From: an uncultured Muribaculaceae bacterium
GTDB taxonomy: Bacteria; Pseudomonadota; Alphaproteobacteria; Rs-D84
Length of the DNA: 32,000 nucleotides
Direction of reading: 5' to 3'
NCBI GenBank assembly: GCA_965231035.1
Contig: OZ246409.1
Span: 361,101 to 393,100 of the forward strand
Both the position numbers and the translations under genes were made by a program. The notes beneath the pieces were generated by a model that did not search any database, was not told the DNA's origin, and saw only the letters and a list, made by a program, of their open reading frames with translations. Within the stretch, counting starts at the first letter, position 1; every line of letters starts with the position of its first letter. Positions 1-9,360 of the stretch are shown one piece after another.

Positions 1-871
1 TTGAAAAACTTAACTGAACCGATTTTGTTTTATCAACGCTGGCAACAGAAACCAAGTCAACTGCGGAAATAAATTGTTTTCTGTCAAATATTGCAATTTT
101 GTCATTGCCCTTTGGAATAACAACACGATAGTTTGGATACTGTGCGTCAACCAATTTGCTTGTCAAGATTGCAGTACCTACTGTAAATCTGGCCTTGGTA
201 TCTGACAATTCAACATGAACGTCGTCAACGGTTGCATCTTCTAATAATTTTGACAATTCACCAATAACGCGGCGTGGCAAAATAACAGATGGCATTTCCA
301 AACTTCCCGATGGAGCTGACATATGACACAAAGCCATACGCTGTGCGTCTGTTGCAACAGCAGTCAGCATTTTTGCTTTGCCTTCTTCAGCAATGTGGAA
401 ATAGATACCACCCAAATGATAACGAACATCATCAACAGGGATTGCAAACTTTGTTGTATTAATCAAATTTGCCAAATCACCAGTTGTCATTTGGAATTTT
501 GTTGTCAGGTTGCTGCCTGCCATTGCTGGGAAATTTTCAGCTGGCAAAGTTGGCAAACGGAAAACTGCACGACCACTGGAAACAACCAATTGGTCACCAG
601 ATTGTTTAAAATTGATTTCTGCATCATCAGGCAACTTACGAACGATATCGTACAGCATCTGAACTGGAACTGTGATTTTACCAGGCAAAGTGATATCGGC
701 TGTGACGTGTTCAACCAATTCCAAATCTACGTTGGTTGCGGACAGAATCATATCATCTGCAACTTCGATTTTTACGTTCATCAAAATAGGCAAAGTTGCA
801 CGCTTTTCAACAATAGATTGCATATGTCCCAAAGCACGTATCAAAACCTGGCGAAATACTGAAAATTCCAT
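1..871 (-). CDS. dnaN: DNA polymerase III beta sliding clamp, first ~290 codons (3' end runs off the window)
   Basis: Absent from the ORF track because it is open at the window edge. The minus strand from ATG at 871-869 reads MEFSVFRQVLIRALGHMQSIVEKRATLPILMNVKIEVADDMILSATNVDLELVEH... with no stop down to base 1. AGGAG (plus-strand ctcct, 878-882) lies 6 nt upstream of the ATG. Later segments (TDAQRMA, DAQYPNYRVVIP) fit beta clamps. Confidence 0.85.
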   Translation of the reverse strand, partial: MEFSVFRQVLIRALGHMQSIVEKRATLPILMNVKIEVADDMILSATNVDLELVEHVTADITLPGKITVPVQMLYDIVRKLPDDAEINFKQSGDQLVVSSGRAVFRLPTLPAENFPAMAGSNLTTKFQMTTGDLANLINTTKFAIPVDDVRYHLGGIYFHIAEEGKAKMLTAVATDAQRMALCHMSAPSGSLEMPSVILPRRVIGELSKLLEDATVDDVHVELSDTKARFTVGTAILTSKLVDAQYPNYRVVIPKGNDKIAIFDRKQFISAVDLVSVASVDKTKSVQLSFS

Positions 872-984
872 TTCTTGCTCCTGTTAATCAAATAAATTCA
901 TTTCATCAGCCAGATTTTAGCAAAAAATGCCGATTCGGAGCAAGGGTAAAAACAAGCCCTTTTTTGGCACTTTACAATCATATA

Positions 985-1016
985 AAAAATAAATCCGCCC
1001 TGTTTGGGCGGTTTTT
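985..1016. terminator. Rho-independent terminator downstream of cdaA (hairpin flanked by A/T runs on both sides)
   Basis: Stem ccgccc (995-1000) pairs with gggcgg (1006-1011) around the loop tgttt. T-rich tracts follow in both orientations. The hairpin starts 4 nt after the cdaA stop on the minus strand. Confidence 0.6.
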
Positions 1017-1782
1017 ATTTTTTCATTAATCTTTCAATTTTTGATTTCAACTTTTTTAAATCGTCATATTTTTTTATTGCACCATGCTCGGCAATTGAAA
1101 TGTCACCTGTTTCTTCGGATACAACCAGCGCAACGGACTTTGACACCTCTGAAATTCCTATTGCTGCCCGGTGCCTGGTTCCGTATTTCCACTTTAACTC
1201 ATCTTTGGACAAAGGTAAAATTGCACCTGCGGATAAAATCTTATTATTTTCTACGATAACAGCACCATCATGCAGTGGCGTTTTATTAAAAAATATTGTC
1301 AGTAACAATTCGCTTGAAATTTCAGCATCCATAATTGTTCCTTTTTTTTCTATGGCTGCTTCATCCAATTCGTTTTGAAAGACAATCAATGCACCTGTTC
1401 TTTTAATAGACATATATTCCACAGCACTTACTATACTGTCTACAGATTTAGAAATTTTATCTTTGTCTGCATGGTTGGCACGTAAAGATATTGAATTAAA
1501 TACCCCACGAAAATTTCCCATCATCGCCAAAAGTTTTCTTAATTCTGGCTGGAAAATAACTATTAAACTTAAAGAAAGGAACAATGATGTCCAACGCAAA
1601 AAACCTCCTAGTAAAGTTAAATGTAAACGATTAAACACAAAACTGGCAATCCAAAGTGCCCCCAGACCAAATAAACCGTGTATTAATTTTTCCGAGGATG
1701 TATTTTTTATGAAAAGTCTGTAGAAAAACAAAAGTATTAACACAATAACAACCAGTTGAACAAGAATAACCCAATTAAACAA
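1015..1782 (-). CDS. cdaA: Membrane-anchored diadenylate cyclase (c-di-AMP synthase), CdaA/DacA type
   Basis: 255-aa ORF with a TTG start at 1782 preceded by AAGGGGG. It has three N-terminal hydrophobic helices followed by DAC-domain motifs: GALIVFQ, PLHDGAVIV, GTRHRAAIGISE, ALVVSEETGDISIAEHG. Confidence 0.85.
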   Translation of the reverse strand: MFNWVILVQLVVIVLILLFFYRLFIKNTSSEKLIHGLFGLGALWIASFVFNRLHLTLLGGFLRWTSLFLSLSLIVIFQPELRKLLAMMGNFRGVFNSISLRANHADKDKISKSVDSIVSAVEYMSIKRTGALIVFQNELDEAAIEKKGTIMDAEISSELLLTIFFNKTPLHDGAVIVENNKILSAGAILPLSKDELKWKYGTRHRAAIGISEVSKSVALVVSEETGDISIAEHGAIKKYDDLKKLKSKIERLMKK

Positions 1783-1801
1783 TTTTTTACCCCCTTATAA
1801 T

Positions 1802-3886
1802 CTATTTTATAAATTTACCAACCAACTGAGACATCGGTTGATTTAACCAGTCAGGATCGCCTTTTTTTGCTGGCGCACCCTGTTCCATAGCAGTCTGACA
1901 AGGATGTTCGTCCGACAGCCAGTTTTCCAACAATCCGCCGGCCAACAATCCAACCCCTGCACCCGCAACCAGTCCTATACCACCAGTAAACGGTGCCAAC
2001 ATCAGACCAATTCCTGTGGCAGATGCAAACTTCCCCGCAACTGCCGCACGGTTTATTTTTACATCAGGTTCTGCCAAATTTCCAGAAAATTCTACAGAGT
2101 TTATAACATTACCAGTTATAGATAATTTCAAACCACGAACAGGCACAGTTGTCATAGAAGCTTTTAAATTTTCTTCACCCAAATTTAAATTTCCTGCCAT
2201 TCTGACATTAATAGCATTTGTTTCAACAGCCACACCATTATTTGTTTCCGCTATTCCGTTTCGAACTTTTAAATTTATTGCTGCACAAGATATTTTTACC
2301 TGGTCATATTTCTTTTTAGATCTGAACATATCTTGGATATTATGACGAAGGTTTGTTAAAAAATCTTCCCCATATAAATCTGAAATAATTGTAGCATTCA
2401 TGTATCCTGGGGCAACCGAGTAAATATGAATTGGACCTGTAACTGTTGACATTAATCCAGACAAATCATATCCGTGTGCTTCAAAATAAAATTCAAAATT
2501 TGCGGGTAATTCTGAAATACTGTCCATTTCTCGAACTTGTTCAAGTATTTCTCCGACATATATTCTTTCGCCCAATGCGGTTGCACGTGCTATCAGCCTG
2601 TCATTTTTATCAACACTCAATTCTGTAACAACATGAACATTACCCTCGGCATATTTAGCTGCAAAATCCAAATGTGCCTCGGCATTTTTTAAATTTCCTG
2701 CAACTTTTATATCATGAACCTCCATCTCGCGATATATTTTAAAATTATCAATATTAACTTCAAGGTTTATATTGTATTTTTTTAACAACTCGCCATATAA
2801 AGGTGTATCCCTGAATACATTCAAATTACGACGGGTTGGTCTAATCCATTTATTCTCTGATTTACTTTGGTGTCCGTATAACTCTGGGAAAAGTTCTTTT
2901 AAGTCAAAATTTTTTGAATTTATACTTGCAGATATTGATGGCACAGAACCTACCCAATCGAACTTTCCGGATATTCCAACATCACTGTTATTAAAACGAA
3001 TATAAGATTTTCGCAAAACAAAACTTTTATTTTCTACTCCACCTGAAATATCAACATTCAAAGGCGGCGTTTCAGGAAGATTTACATTAAAAATATTTCC
3101 CAATAATTTCATATTTGGAATATTTCCTTTTAATATAAAATCTATTGGCATTTTGCTGGTACCTTCCAGCGCAACATTTGCTATCAAGGCTTGTCCATCT
3201 ACTGAAAAAGCCAATCTTATTGGATAAACTTTGCGTTCTTGATTAAATTCTGAAAAAGATATTATGAATGGATATATTTCCGAATCGGAACTTATCCAAC
3301 CGCTGTATTCCATAGAATCATTGCCAGAGCTGGAGCTGATATAAAAACCATCCAAAGAATAAACAGAATCTTTTGAATGTATAACCGCATTTCGTACTTC
3401 TATTGAATCTAATCCCAAATCAGAATTAAAAGGATATTTACTGTTTGTTTGACTTACAACTTCATTATTTTTTTGTTTCTTTTTCTTTACGGCAGTTTTC
3501 TCATATTGTTCGTCTTGCTTTATAAATAAAGATGCATCATAAATTTTTATTTTGCTAACCGTAGGTTTCCCACGAAGCAATGAAAACAGATTCAAAGTTA
3601 CATCTATTCTTCTTGCCGAAAACTTATTTTTACCACTCTCAACAGGTTTTAATGTTACACTAACATCATCCAGTCTGACTTTTGGACGAAGCGAGAATTT
3701 CCAAGAAATACCACCCTTGATTTCCACAGGTAAATCTGTTGCTTCACGCAAACCTGTTACCAGTTCACCGCGCAAAGTTTCCAAATCAACCTGGGACAAA
3801 GCAATAAACAATGCAACAATCAAGCCTATTACAAACATAGCCACAATTCTTGCAATTCTATAAAATCTTTTATATCTATAAAACAT
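1802..3886 (-). CDS. AsmA-family outer-membrane biogenesis / lipid-transport-like protein
   Basis: 694-aa ORF. It has an N-terminal anchor (IARIVAMFVIGLIVALFIAL) followed by an AsmA-like opening (LETLRGELVTGLREATDLPVEIKGGISWKFSLRPKVRLDDVSV) and a long beta-rich body. The C-terminus is a Gly-zipper (GIGLMLAPFTGGIGLVAGAGVGLLAGGLL). The stop is 19 nt before the cdaA start. Confidence 0.7.
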   Translation of the reverse strand: MFYRYKRFYRIARIVAMFVIGLIVALFIALSQVDLETLRGELVTGLREATDLPVEIKGGISWKFSLRPKVRLDDVSVTLKPVESGKNKFSARRIDVTLNLFSLLRGKPTVSKIKIYDASLFIKQDEQYEKTAVKKKKQKNNEVVSQTNSKYPFNSDLGLDSIEVRNAVIHSKDSVYSLDGFYISSSSGNDSMEYSGWISSDSEIYPFIISFSEFNQERKVYPIRLAFSVDGQALIANVALEGTSKMPIDFILKGNIPNMKLLGNIFNVNLPETPPLNVDISGGVENKSFVLRKSYIRFNNSDVGISGKFDWVGSVPSISASINSKNFDLKELFPELYGHQSKSENKWIRPTRRNLNVFRDTPLYGELLKKYNINLEVNIDNFKIYREMEVHDIKVAGNLKNAEAHLDFAAKYAEGNVHVVTELSVDKNDRLIARATALGERIYVGEILEQVREMDSISELPANFEFYFEAHGYDLSGLMSTVTGPIHIYSVAPGYMNATIISDLYGEDFLTNLRHNIQDMFRSKKKYDQVKISCAAINLKVRNGIAETNNGVAVETNAINVRMAGNLNLGEENLKASMTTVPVRGLKLSITGNVINSVEFSGNLAEPDVKINRAAVAGKFASATGIGLMLAPFTGGIGLVAGAGVGLLAGGLLENWLSDEHPCQTAMEQGAPAKKGDPDWLNQPMSQLVGKFIK

Positions 3887-3902
3887 TTGCTTCTTTATAT
3901 TT

Positions 3903-4874
3903 TTAATCAGGTATTTTAAATTCCAAAAACTTAATCACTGGTCGCATAAACTCTGGTAATTCTGCACGAATTGTCATTATCTTTCCCGTCCTTGGATGGC
4001 GAAATGATAGCTTGTATGCGAATAAAAACAAGTTTTTTGTTGCAAGCAATGAATTTAATGTGTCGTCTATCTTTTTATGATTACGCCCATAAACAGTATC
4101 ACCAACAATTGGTGCCCCCAATGAAAATGCACTGTGTATTCTTAGTTGGTGCGTGCGACCTGTTCTGGGAAAAAAAGAAACCCAAGATAATATTCCTGAC
4201 ATTTCTGATATGACTTTGTATTCCGTAATAGCACGATATGGTTTTACACCGTCTGGTAATTTTTCATCGTTTTCGACAATACCACCCTTGATCATCAAAT
4301 TATCGATAACCCCAGATTTTGGTGACACACCGCCAATCAATAATGCCAAGTATTCTTTTTGTGCAGTCTTATCTTGAAACTCGGTCGCCAAAATTTGTGC
4401 AGCCTTTTGATTTTTTGCAACAATCAAAACACCACTGGTTTCCTTGTCCAATCTGTGCACTAAAGAAATTTTATCGTACGGAAATAACTCGGCTGCCATT
4501 TTATCAACAGACTTCGATATTCCTGTACCACCTTGGACCGCCAAACCTGCAGGCTTGTTAAAGACAACAACATCTTCGTCATTGTGAATTATGCACCTGC
4601 GCAACTTTTCCAAATCTTCCAAAGAAAACCTGTTACCACTTTCGGTCTTTTTAATTTTCTCTTGGGTATATTGAACAAAAGTTGGCGGAACACGAACCAC
4701 ATCACCAGCACGCAGAATTTCTTGTCCACGACAACGCGAAGAATTAATCCTGATTTGACCACCACGACAAAGTTTATAGAATTCAGACGTCGAAAGTCCT
4801 GGATAGTGACGCAGGAACCATCTCAACAATCTTGTGCCATCTTCTGTTTTATAAACTTCGACTGGTTTTTGCAT
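3903..4874 (-). CDS. RluA-family 23S rRNA pseudouridine synthase with N-terminal S4 domain (RluC/RluD type)
   Basis: 323-aa ORF. It has an S4-like N-terminus (LLRWFLRHYPGLSTSEFYKLCRGGQIRINSSR), the catalytic motif HRLDKETSGVLIVAK, and a downstream RTGRTHQLRIH block. Confidence 0.8.
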   Translation of the reverse strand: MQKPVEVYKTEDGTRLLRWFLRHYPGLSTSEFYKLCRGGQIRINSSRCRGQEILRAGDVVRVPPTFVQYTQEKIKKTESGNRFSLEDLEKLRRCIIHNDEDVVVFNKPAGLAVQGGTGISKSVDKMAAELFPYDKISLVHRLDKETSGVLIVAKNQKAAQILATEFQDKTAQKEYLALLIGGVSPKSGVIDNLMIKGGIVENDEKLPDGVKPYRAITEYKVISEMSGILSWVSFFPRTGRTHQLRIHSAFSLGAPIVGDTVYGRNHKKIDDTLNSLLATKNLFLFAYKLSFRHPRTGKIMTIRAELPEFMRPVIKFLEFKIPD

Positions 4875-4938
4875 ACTAGGAATTTATACAAAACACAGAC
4901 ATAATACCAGCAAAATTTACATCTGTGATTGCTTTTAG

Positions 4939-5403
4939 TTATTCGCCGTAAACTAAGGTTACTACATTTGTTCCATTATCGCTGGTACAAACACCACTAG
5001 CACCGCCCTTTTTACCATCAGAAATTTGATATCCAACTGTATCAGACCATGCTTTGGCTGTAAAATATTCACAATCAGATTTTGACAGACCATTAATTGT
5101 TAAAACAAATTGTCTGGAATTAGACGGATTAGCCGCCAAAGCATAATTTCCACCATAAGGGTTCTTTTGTGACATTCCAATTGCACCCCAAATTGTTGTA
5201 TTATTTATATTGGAAAAATCATCATATTCCGCCAACAGCTGGCGAACACCTGTTACAATTTGTGCGACTTCGTCACTTACGGTTGATCTTTTTTGGCTTC
5301 TCATTGCCGTAGAAATCATTGTCACTGCACCAACAGTTATTAACCCCATAATTGCCAAAACACCCAGCATTTCAACCATTGAACGTCCAGACTCTTGCCT
5401 CAT
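4939..5403 (-). CDS. Type IV prepilin, PilS-like (type IVb) class
   Basis: The N-terminus MRQESG|RSMVEMLGVLAIMGLITVGAV has a short basic leader ending in Gly, Glu at +5 and a ~20-residue hydrophobic helix. A C-terminal Cys pair (SDCEY ... GVCTS) resembles a pilin D-region. AAGGA SD lies upstream of the ATG at 5403. VLAIMGLITVGAVTMISTAMRSQ resembles my recollection of R64/Salmonella PilS pilins. Confidence 0.7.
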   Translation of the reverse strand: MRQESGRSMVEMLGVLAIMGLITVGAVTMISTAMRSQKRSTVSDEVAQIVTGVRQLLAEYDDFSNINNTTIWGAIGMSQKNPYGGNYALAANPSNSRQFVLTINGLSKSDCEYFTAKAWSDTVGYQISDGKKGGASGVCTSDNGTNVVTLVYGE

Positions 5404-5459
5404 AATAAAATCCTTTTTATTTTTTGCTATTACTTGGGTTTTATTCTATCATAAAAACC

Positions 5460-6872
5460 ATGAATGTTCAATTTTCTAATCTTATTGAAAATAGTCCTAT
5501 GTCGCCCGGTGTGTATAAAATGTACGATGCTGATGGTAACTTGTTGTATATAGGCAAAGCAAAGAATATTTCCGCCAGATTAAAACAGTATTTGGATATT
5601 TCAAAACTGGAATTGCATAAACAAATTATGCGAACACTGGTCAGAAAAGTTAGTTGGGAAACAACAAAAACCGAATCGGATGCACTGATACTGGAAGAAC
5701 AGTTAATCAAATCAGAAAAGCCCAGATACAACATCATGATGACTGATGGAAAAATGTATCCGATGTTGGCTTTGACCAATTCTGAGTTTCCCAGATTATT
5801 AAAATTCCGTGGCAAAATATCCCAGAAACGCGATGTATATGGACCATACCCATCTGTATCGGCACTGAATGAAACAATTAAAACAATTCAAAAAGTTTGT
5901 CAGTTAAGAACCTGTACTGATACTTTTATGAAGAACCGCACCCGCCCTTGTTTATTATATCAAATCGGCAGATGTTCTGGACCATGTGTCATTTCGCAAA
6001 AATCTTATAATGAAAATGTTCAACTGGCACGAAGAATTTTAACTGGTGACAGCGAACCAATTATTGCTGATTTATCCATTCAGATGAAAAAATTTTCTGA
6101 TGAAATGGATTTTGAATCCGCAGCAATTTATCGCGATAAAATTTCGGCATTGACCCATACGGCTGTACGTGGAATCAAATCGAAAAAAAGTGATATGGGC
6201 ATAAATTGGTACGAATCGGTTTCGGATTTGGAAAAATGGCTGGGGTTAAAAATTGAACAGGCTTGTGTTTTCGATAATTCGCATTTGTTTGGCAAAACGC
6301 CTGTTGGCAGTATGATTGTCTTTGGTCATGATGGATTTGTAAAATCCGATTACAGACACTTTAAATTAAAAGATGCAGCACGTGCCGGAAATGATATAGC
6401 AATGATGCAGGAATTTATTAGTCGTGCAGTTGCACATAAAAATAATACAAGTTTAATAATTGTTGATGGCGGAATGGCACAGTGGAATATTGCACATAAA
6501 ACTGCACCCGATATTTCAATTCTGGGCGTGACCAAGGGCGAAGTTCGAAATGGTGACGAACATTTTATAATGCCAAATGGGAAAACCAATCGTGATTTAA
6601 AAAAAGATTCTAAATTATTTTTATTACTGCGTGCTGTAAGGGACGAAGCACACCATTTTGCGATTTCATTTCATCGCGCGCAATACGCAAAAAAAATGAC
6701 CGCCAGCAGATTGGACGAAATTGAAGGAATCGGCGCAGCACGCAAACGTGCACTTTTGCACCATTTTGGTTCGGTAAAACAAATTGTGGACGCAAATTTG
6801 GATGCATTAGTACGGGTCCCAGGACTTGGAAAATCGGCTGCCGAAAAAATATATTCATATTTTCATGGATAA
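5460..6872 (+). CDS. uvrC: Excinuclease ABC subunit C (compact, ~470 aa)
   Basis: GIY-YIG N-terminus (PGVYKMYDADGNLLYIGKAKNISARLKQY), Cys cluster (CQLRTCTDTFMKNRTRPCLLYQIGRCSGPC), UVR motif (FESAAIYRDKISAL), endonuclease block (VFDNSHLFG, DIAMMQEF, IIVDGG, RDEAHHFAISFHR) and C-terminal HhH2 (LDEIEGIGAARKRALL ... VPGLGKSAAEKI). I prefer the ATG at 5460 (MNVQFSN) to the track start at 5424, which would leave only 20 nt to the divergent pilin start. Confidence 0.85.
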   Translation: MNVQFSNLIENSPMSPGVYKMYDADGNLLYIGKAKNISARLKQYLDISKLELHKQIMRTLVRKVSWETTKTESDALILEEQLIKSEKPRYNIMMTDGKMYPMLALTNSEFPRLLKFRGKISQKRDVYGPYPSVSALNETIKTIQKVCQLRTCTDTFMKNRTRPCLLYQIGRCSGPCVISQKSYNENVQLARRILTGDSEPIIADLSIQMKKFSDEMDFESAAIYRDKISALTHTAVRGIKSKKSDMGINWYESVSDLEKWLGLKIEQACVFDNSHLFGKTPVGSMIVFGHDGFVKSDYRHFKLKDAARAGNDIAMMQEFISRAVAHKNNTSLIIVDGGMAQWNIAHKTAPDISILGVTKGEVRNGDEHFIMPNGKTNRDLKKDSKLFLLLRAVRDEAHHFAISFHRAQYAKKMTASRLDEIEGIGAARKRALLHHFGSVKQIVDANLDALVRVPGLGKSAAEKIYSYFHG

Positions 6873-6909
6873 AGACTATAATTAACCCGTTAACAACAGG
6901 AGAACCATA

Positions 6910-7509
6910 ATGAAAAAATTTGTAAACTTTTTATCTGCATTCAGAATATTTGCGGCATTCGCACTTATTCCAACAATCATGTTCCAGATGTTCTGGCTGA
7001 CATTCGTAATGTATGTTTTGGCAGCGGTTTCTGATTTCTTTGACGGTTATTTGGCAAAGAAATACAAAGTCACCAGCAAAATCGGTGGTGTCTTAGATCA
7101 TATTGGGGACAAGTTGTTGGTTGTAAACACGATGATACTTTTGACTATTATGATGCCAGTATGGTTTGTTCTGATTCCTGTAATTTTGATGGTTGCACGT
7201 GAATTGTATATCAGCGGTCTGCGTGAATTTTTGGGAACACAGAAAATTGAAATGCCAGTACCAGCAGGCAGATTTTCAATGGGCAAAATCAAGACAACAT
7301 TGCAAATGGTTGCGATTGGTGCATTTCTTTTGATGTTTGCTTTGGGTGCCAGCCTGACCCCAAATATGACCAGCAGAATTTTGATGTATGCAATATACTT
7401 TTTGCCATTTATTGGTGTTGGATTGTTGTGGTTATCTTTGTTGGCAAGCTTATGGTCAGCAACAGAATACACAAAAACATTTATTGAAAAGTTCAAAAAG
7501 ATAAAATAA
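6910..7509 (+). CDS. pgsA: CDP-diacylglycerol--glycerol-3-phosphate 3-phosphatidyltransferase
   Basis: 199-aa multi-pass membrane ORF with the CDP-alcohol phosphatidyltransferase motif DFFDGYLAKKYKVTSKIGGVLDHIGDKLL. AGGAG SD lies upstream. Confidence 0.85.
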   Translation: MKKFVNFLSAFRIFAAFALIPTIMFQMFWLTFVMYVLAAVSDFFDGYLAKKYKVTSKIGGVLDHIGDKLLVVNTMILLTIMMPVWFVLIPVILMVARELYISGLREFLGTQKIEMPVPAGRFSMGKIKTTLQMVAIGAFLLMFALGASLTPNMTSRILMYAIYFLPFIGVGLLWLSLLASLWSATEYTKTFIEKFKKIK

Positions 7510-7510
7510 A

Positions 7511-7536
7511 AAATCCCGCGATTGCGGGATTTTTTA
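7511..7536. terminator. Bidirectional terminator between pgsA and dnaJ
   Basis: The sequence is aaaatcccgc gatt gcgggatttttt: an 8-9 bp stem with an A-run upstream and a T-run downstream. Confidence 0.75.
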
Positions 7537-8658
7537 AAACCAATTTTTCTTATCTGGTTTTGATTCGGCAAATTCTGTTAATACTTTCTTTTGCTTTTCA
7601 TTCAGTTTGGTTGGAACTTGCATATTTATTTCTAAATATAAATCACCCACGCTGCCACTGCGTCTGCCAATCGGCATACCATGCCCACGAACGCGTAATT
7701 TTTCACCGATTTGTGTCCCACTTGGAACTTTGACCGATAATTTTTTTCCATCGATTGTTTCAATTTCAACCTCGCCCCCCAGCGCAAGAGTTGTGAAAGG
7801 AACATTTTCACGTATCAATAAATCACTGCCCAACCTTGTAAACCTCTTGTCTGGACGAACACGAATATCTAAATAGAAATCGCCAGCGGGTGCACCCATC
7901 ATTCCTGCCTCGCCCTGACCTGCCAGACGTAAACGTGTTCCGTCTTCGACACCGGCTGGGATTTCAACATCAATTGTTCTTTGTTTATGGACTGTGCCTG
8001 TACCATCACACGCAGAACATTTCTTTTTTATTTTGTGACCCAGTCCATTACAATCCGGACATGGTGTTTCCATTGCGAAAAATCCCCGTTGGGAATGAAC
8101 AGTACCTGTTCCATGACATCTTTCACAAACAGGTGCAGCTTTACCATCATCAGTTCCATGACCATTACATTTTTCACATTTTACATTGCTGGAAAATTTA
8201 ACAGTATGTGTTTTTCCGAGATAAGCATCACGTAAGTCAATTACGACTTCGTCCAACAAATCGCGACCCGCATTTGCGTGTTGTTGTCCACCAGCACCAC
8301 CAAATCCATCAAATCCAAAACCACGCATAGCCTCGCGGATAATATCTTCCATACCTGCGCCGCCGCCCATATCAAAATGAAAACCACCATTGCCAAAAGG
8401 ATTTCCACCTGTACCAGCACTTGCCCCATTACCGCCCGCAAAGGCCGCTTCGCCGAATCGGTCATACGCAGCGCGCTTTTGTGGATCGCGCAGGACATCA
8501 AAAGCATTATTTATTTCTTTGAATTTTTCTTCTGCTGCCTTGTCACCGTGATTTTTATCAGGGTGATACTTCATAACCAGTTTATGGTAAGCCTTTTTTA
8601 TATCAGCATCCGATGCATCGCGTACAACACCTAAAACTTCATAAGGATTTTTATTCAT
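7534..8658 (-). CDS. dnaJ: Molecular chaperone DnaJ (type I Hsp40)
   Basis: J domain (YEVLGV ... YHPDKN ... KRAAYDRFG), a Gly/Phe-rich linker and four CxxCxGxG zinc-finger repeats ([32 protein letters not shown]), followed by the C-terminal substrate-binding domains. Confidence 0.95.
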   Translation of the reverse strand: MNKNPYEVLGVVRDASDADIKKAYHKLVMKYHPDKNHGDKAAEEKFKEINNAFDVLRDPQKRAAYDRFGEAAFAGGNGASAGTGGNPFGNGGFHFDMGGGAGMEDIIREAMRGFGFDGFGGAGGQQHANAGRDLLDEVVIDLRDAYLGKTHTVKFSSNVKCEKCNGHGTDDGKAAPVCERCHGTGTVHSQRGFFAMETPCPDCNGLGHKIKKKCSACDGTGTVHKQRTIDVEIPAGVEDGTRLRLAGQGEAGMMGAPAGDFYLDIRVRPDKRFTRLGSDLLIRENVPFTTLALGGEVEIETIDGKKLSVKVPSGTQIGEKLRVRGHGMPIGRRSGSVGDLYLEINMQVPTKLNEKQKKVLTEFAESKPDKKNWF

Positions 8659-8727
8659 AACAACTACCTAAAATTATCTAAAAATATTTCTTGATGGTAG
8701 TTATATAATAATTAGCACCAAATAATC

Positions 8728-8754
8728 AAGGGGCGATTTTCGCCCCTTTTGATT
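8728..8754 (-). terminator. Hairpin terminator after the 201-aa ORF, upstream of the dnaJ promoter region
   Basis: Stem ggggcg (8730-8735) pairs with cgcccc (8741-8746). The T-run is stronger on the plus side and U-rich (ttgattatt) on the minus side. Confidence 0.5.
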
Positions 8755-9360
8755 TTAATTACGTATATTTTCTGCTATTGTTCTAGCAAAACTTAACAAA
8801 CTTTCCGTTATTATTGGTTTATAGGGTCTTGCTGTTGATATTGTTTTTGCATCATTTGAAATAATAACCGGTGTTAAACTTTCATCTTTGGCTATTTGAA
8901 CAGTTTTAATGTCCGAAGCTAATGCAACTACATTTGCCCTGGGGTATTCAAATCTGAAATCTGAAAACAAGTCGGAAAGAGAAGTCTTTTCATCTGACAC
9001 AATTTTATATTCATGAACAATATAATCTTTCAGCATATAATTATAATCAGGGATTTTTTTTGCATCTTTTTCTTCGGTGTATGCAATTAACTTAATTGTT
9101 CCCCTTCCAAAACCAGACAAAATATTTAAAGCTTCTTGTGAACCACAGATAAAATATTTTGCAGAATTAATGTTTTCAAGATAGCTTTTTAAAAAACCAA
9201 TTTTATTAAGGTGCAATAACACTCTTGTCTTAAAAGCGCCGTATTTTTTAACAAGTTGATATTTCTGGGAAAATTTAGAATCAAAAAAAATAATTTTTGA
9301 TGGGTCAAACAGAATTATCGTCCTCATATGATAGTCTATACCATCAACCGGTTTTGGCAT
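8755..9360 (-). CDS. Hypothetical cytoplasmic protein (201 aa), family not recognised; faint HAD-like layout
   Basis: Clean ORF with GAGGT SD before the ATG at 9360 and a hairpin terminator just after the stop. There is no signal peptide or TM segment. Segments IILFDPSKIIFFD and VVALASDIKTVQIAKD vaguely recall HAD motifs I and IV, but the DxD nucleophile pair is absent. Confidence 0.5.
   Translation of the reverse strand: MPKPVDGIDYHMRTIILFDPSKIIFFDSKFSQKYQLVKKYGAFKTRVLLHLNKIGFLKSYLENINSAKYFICGSQEALNILSGFGRGTIKLIAYTEEKDAKKIPDYNYMLKDYIVHEYKIVSDEKTSLSDLFSDFRFEYPRANVVALASDIKTVQIAKDESLTPVIISNDAKTISTARPYKPIITESLLSFARTIAENIRN

Noticed and set aside
323-862. 179-aa plus-strand ORF in the track (Cys/Gln/Asn-rich)
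   Set aside because: It lies entirely antisense to a clear dnaN reading frame with an SD-led ATG at 871. Its composition (about 20 Cys and no recognisable motif) looks like an out-of-frame shadow ORF.
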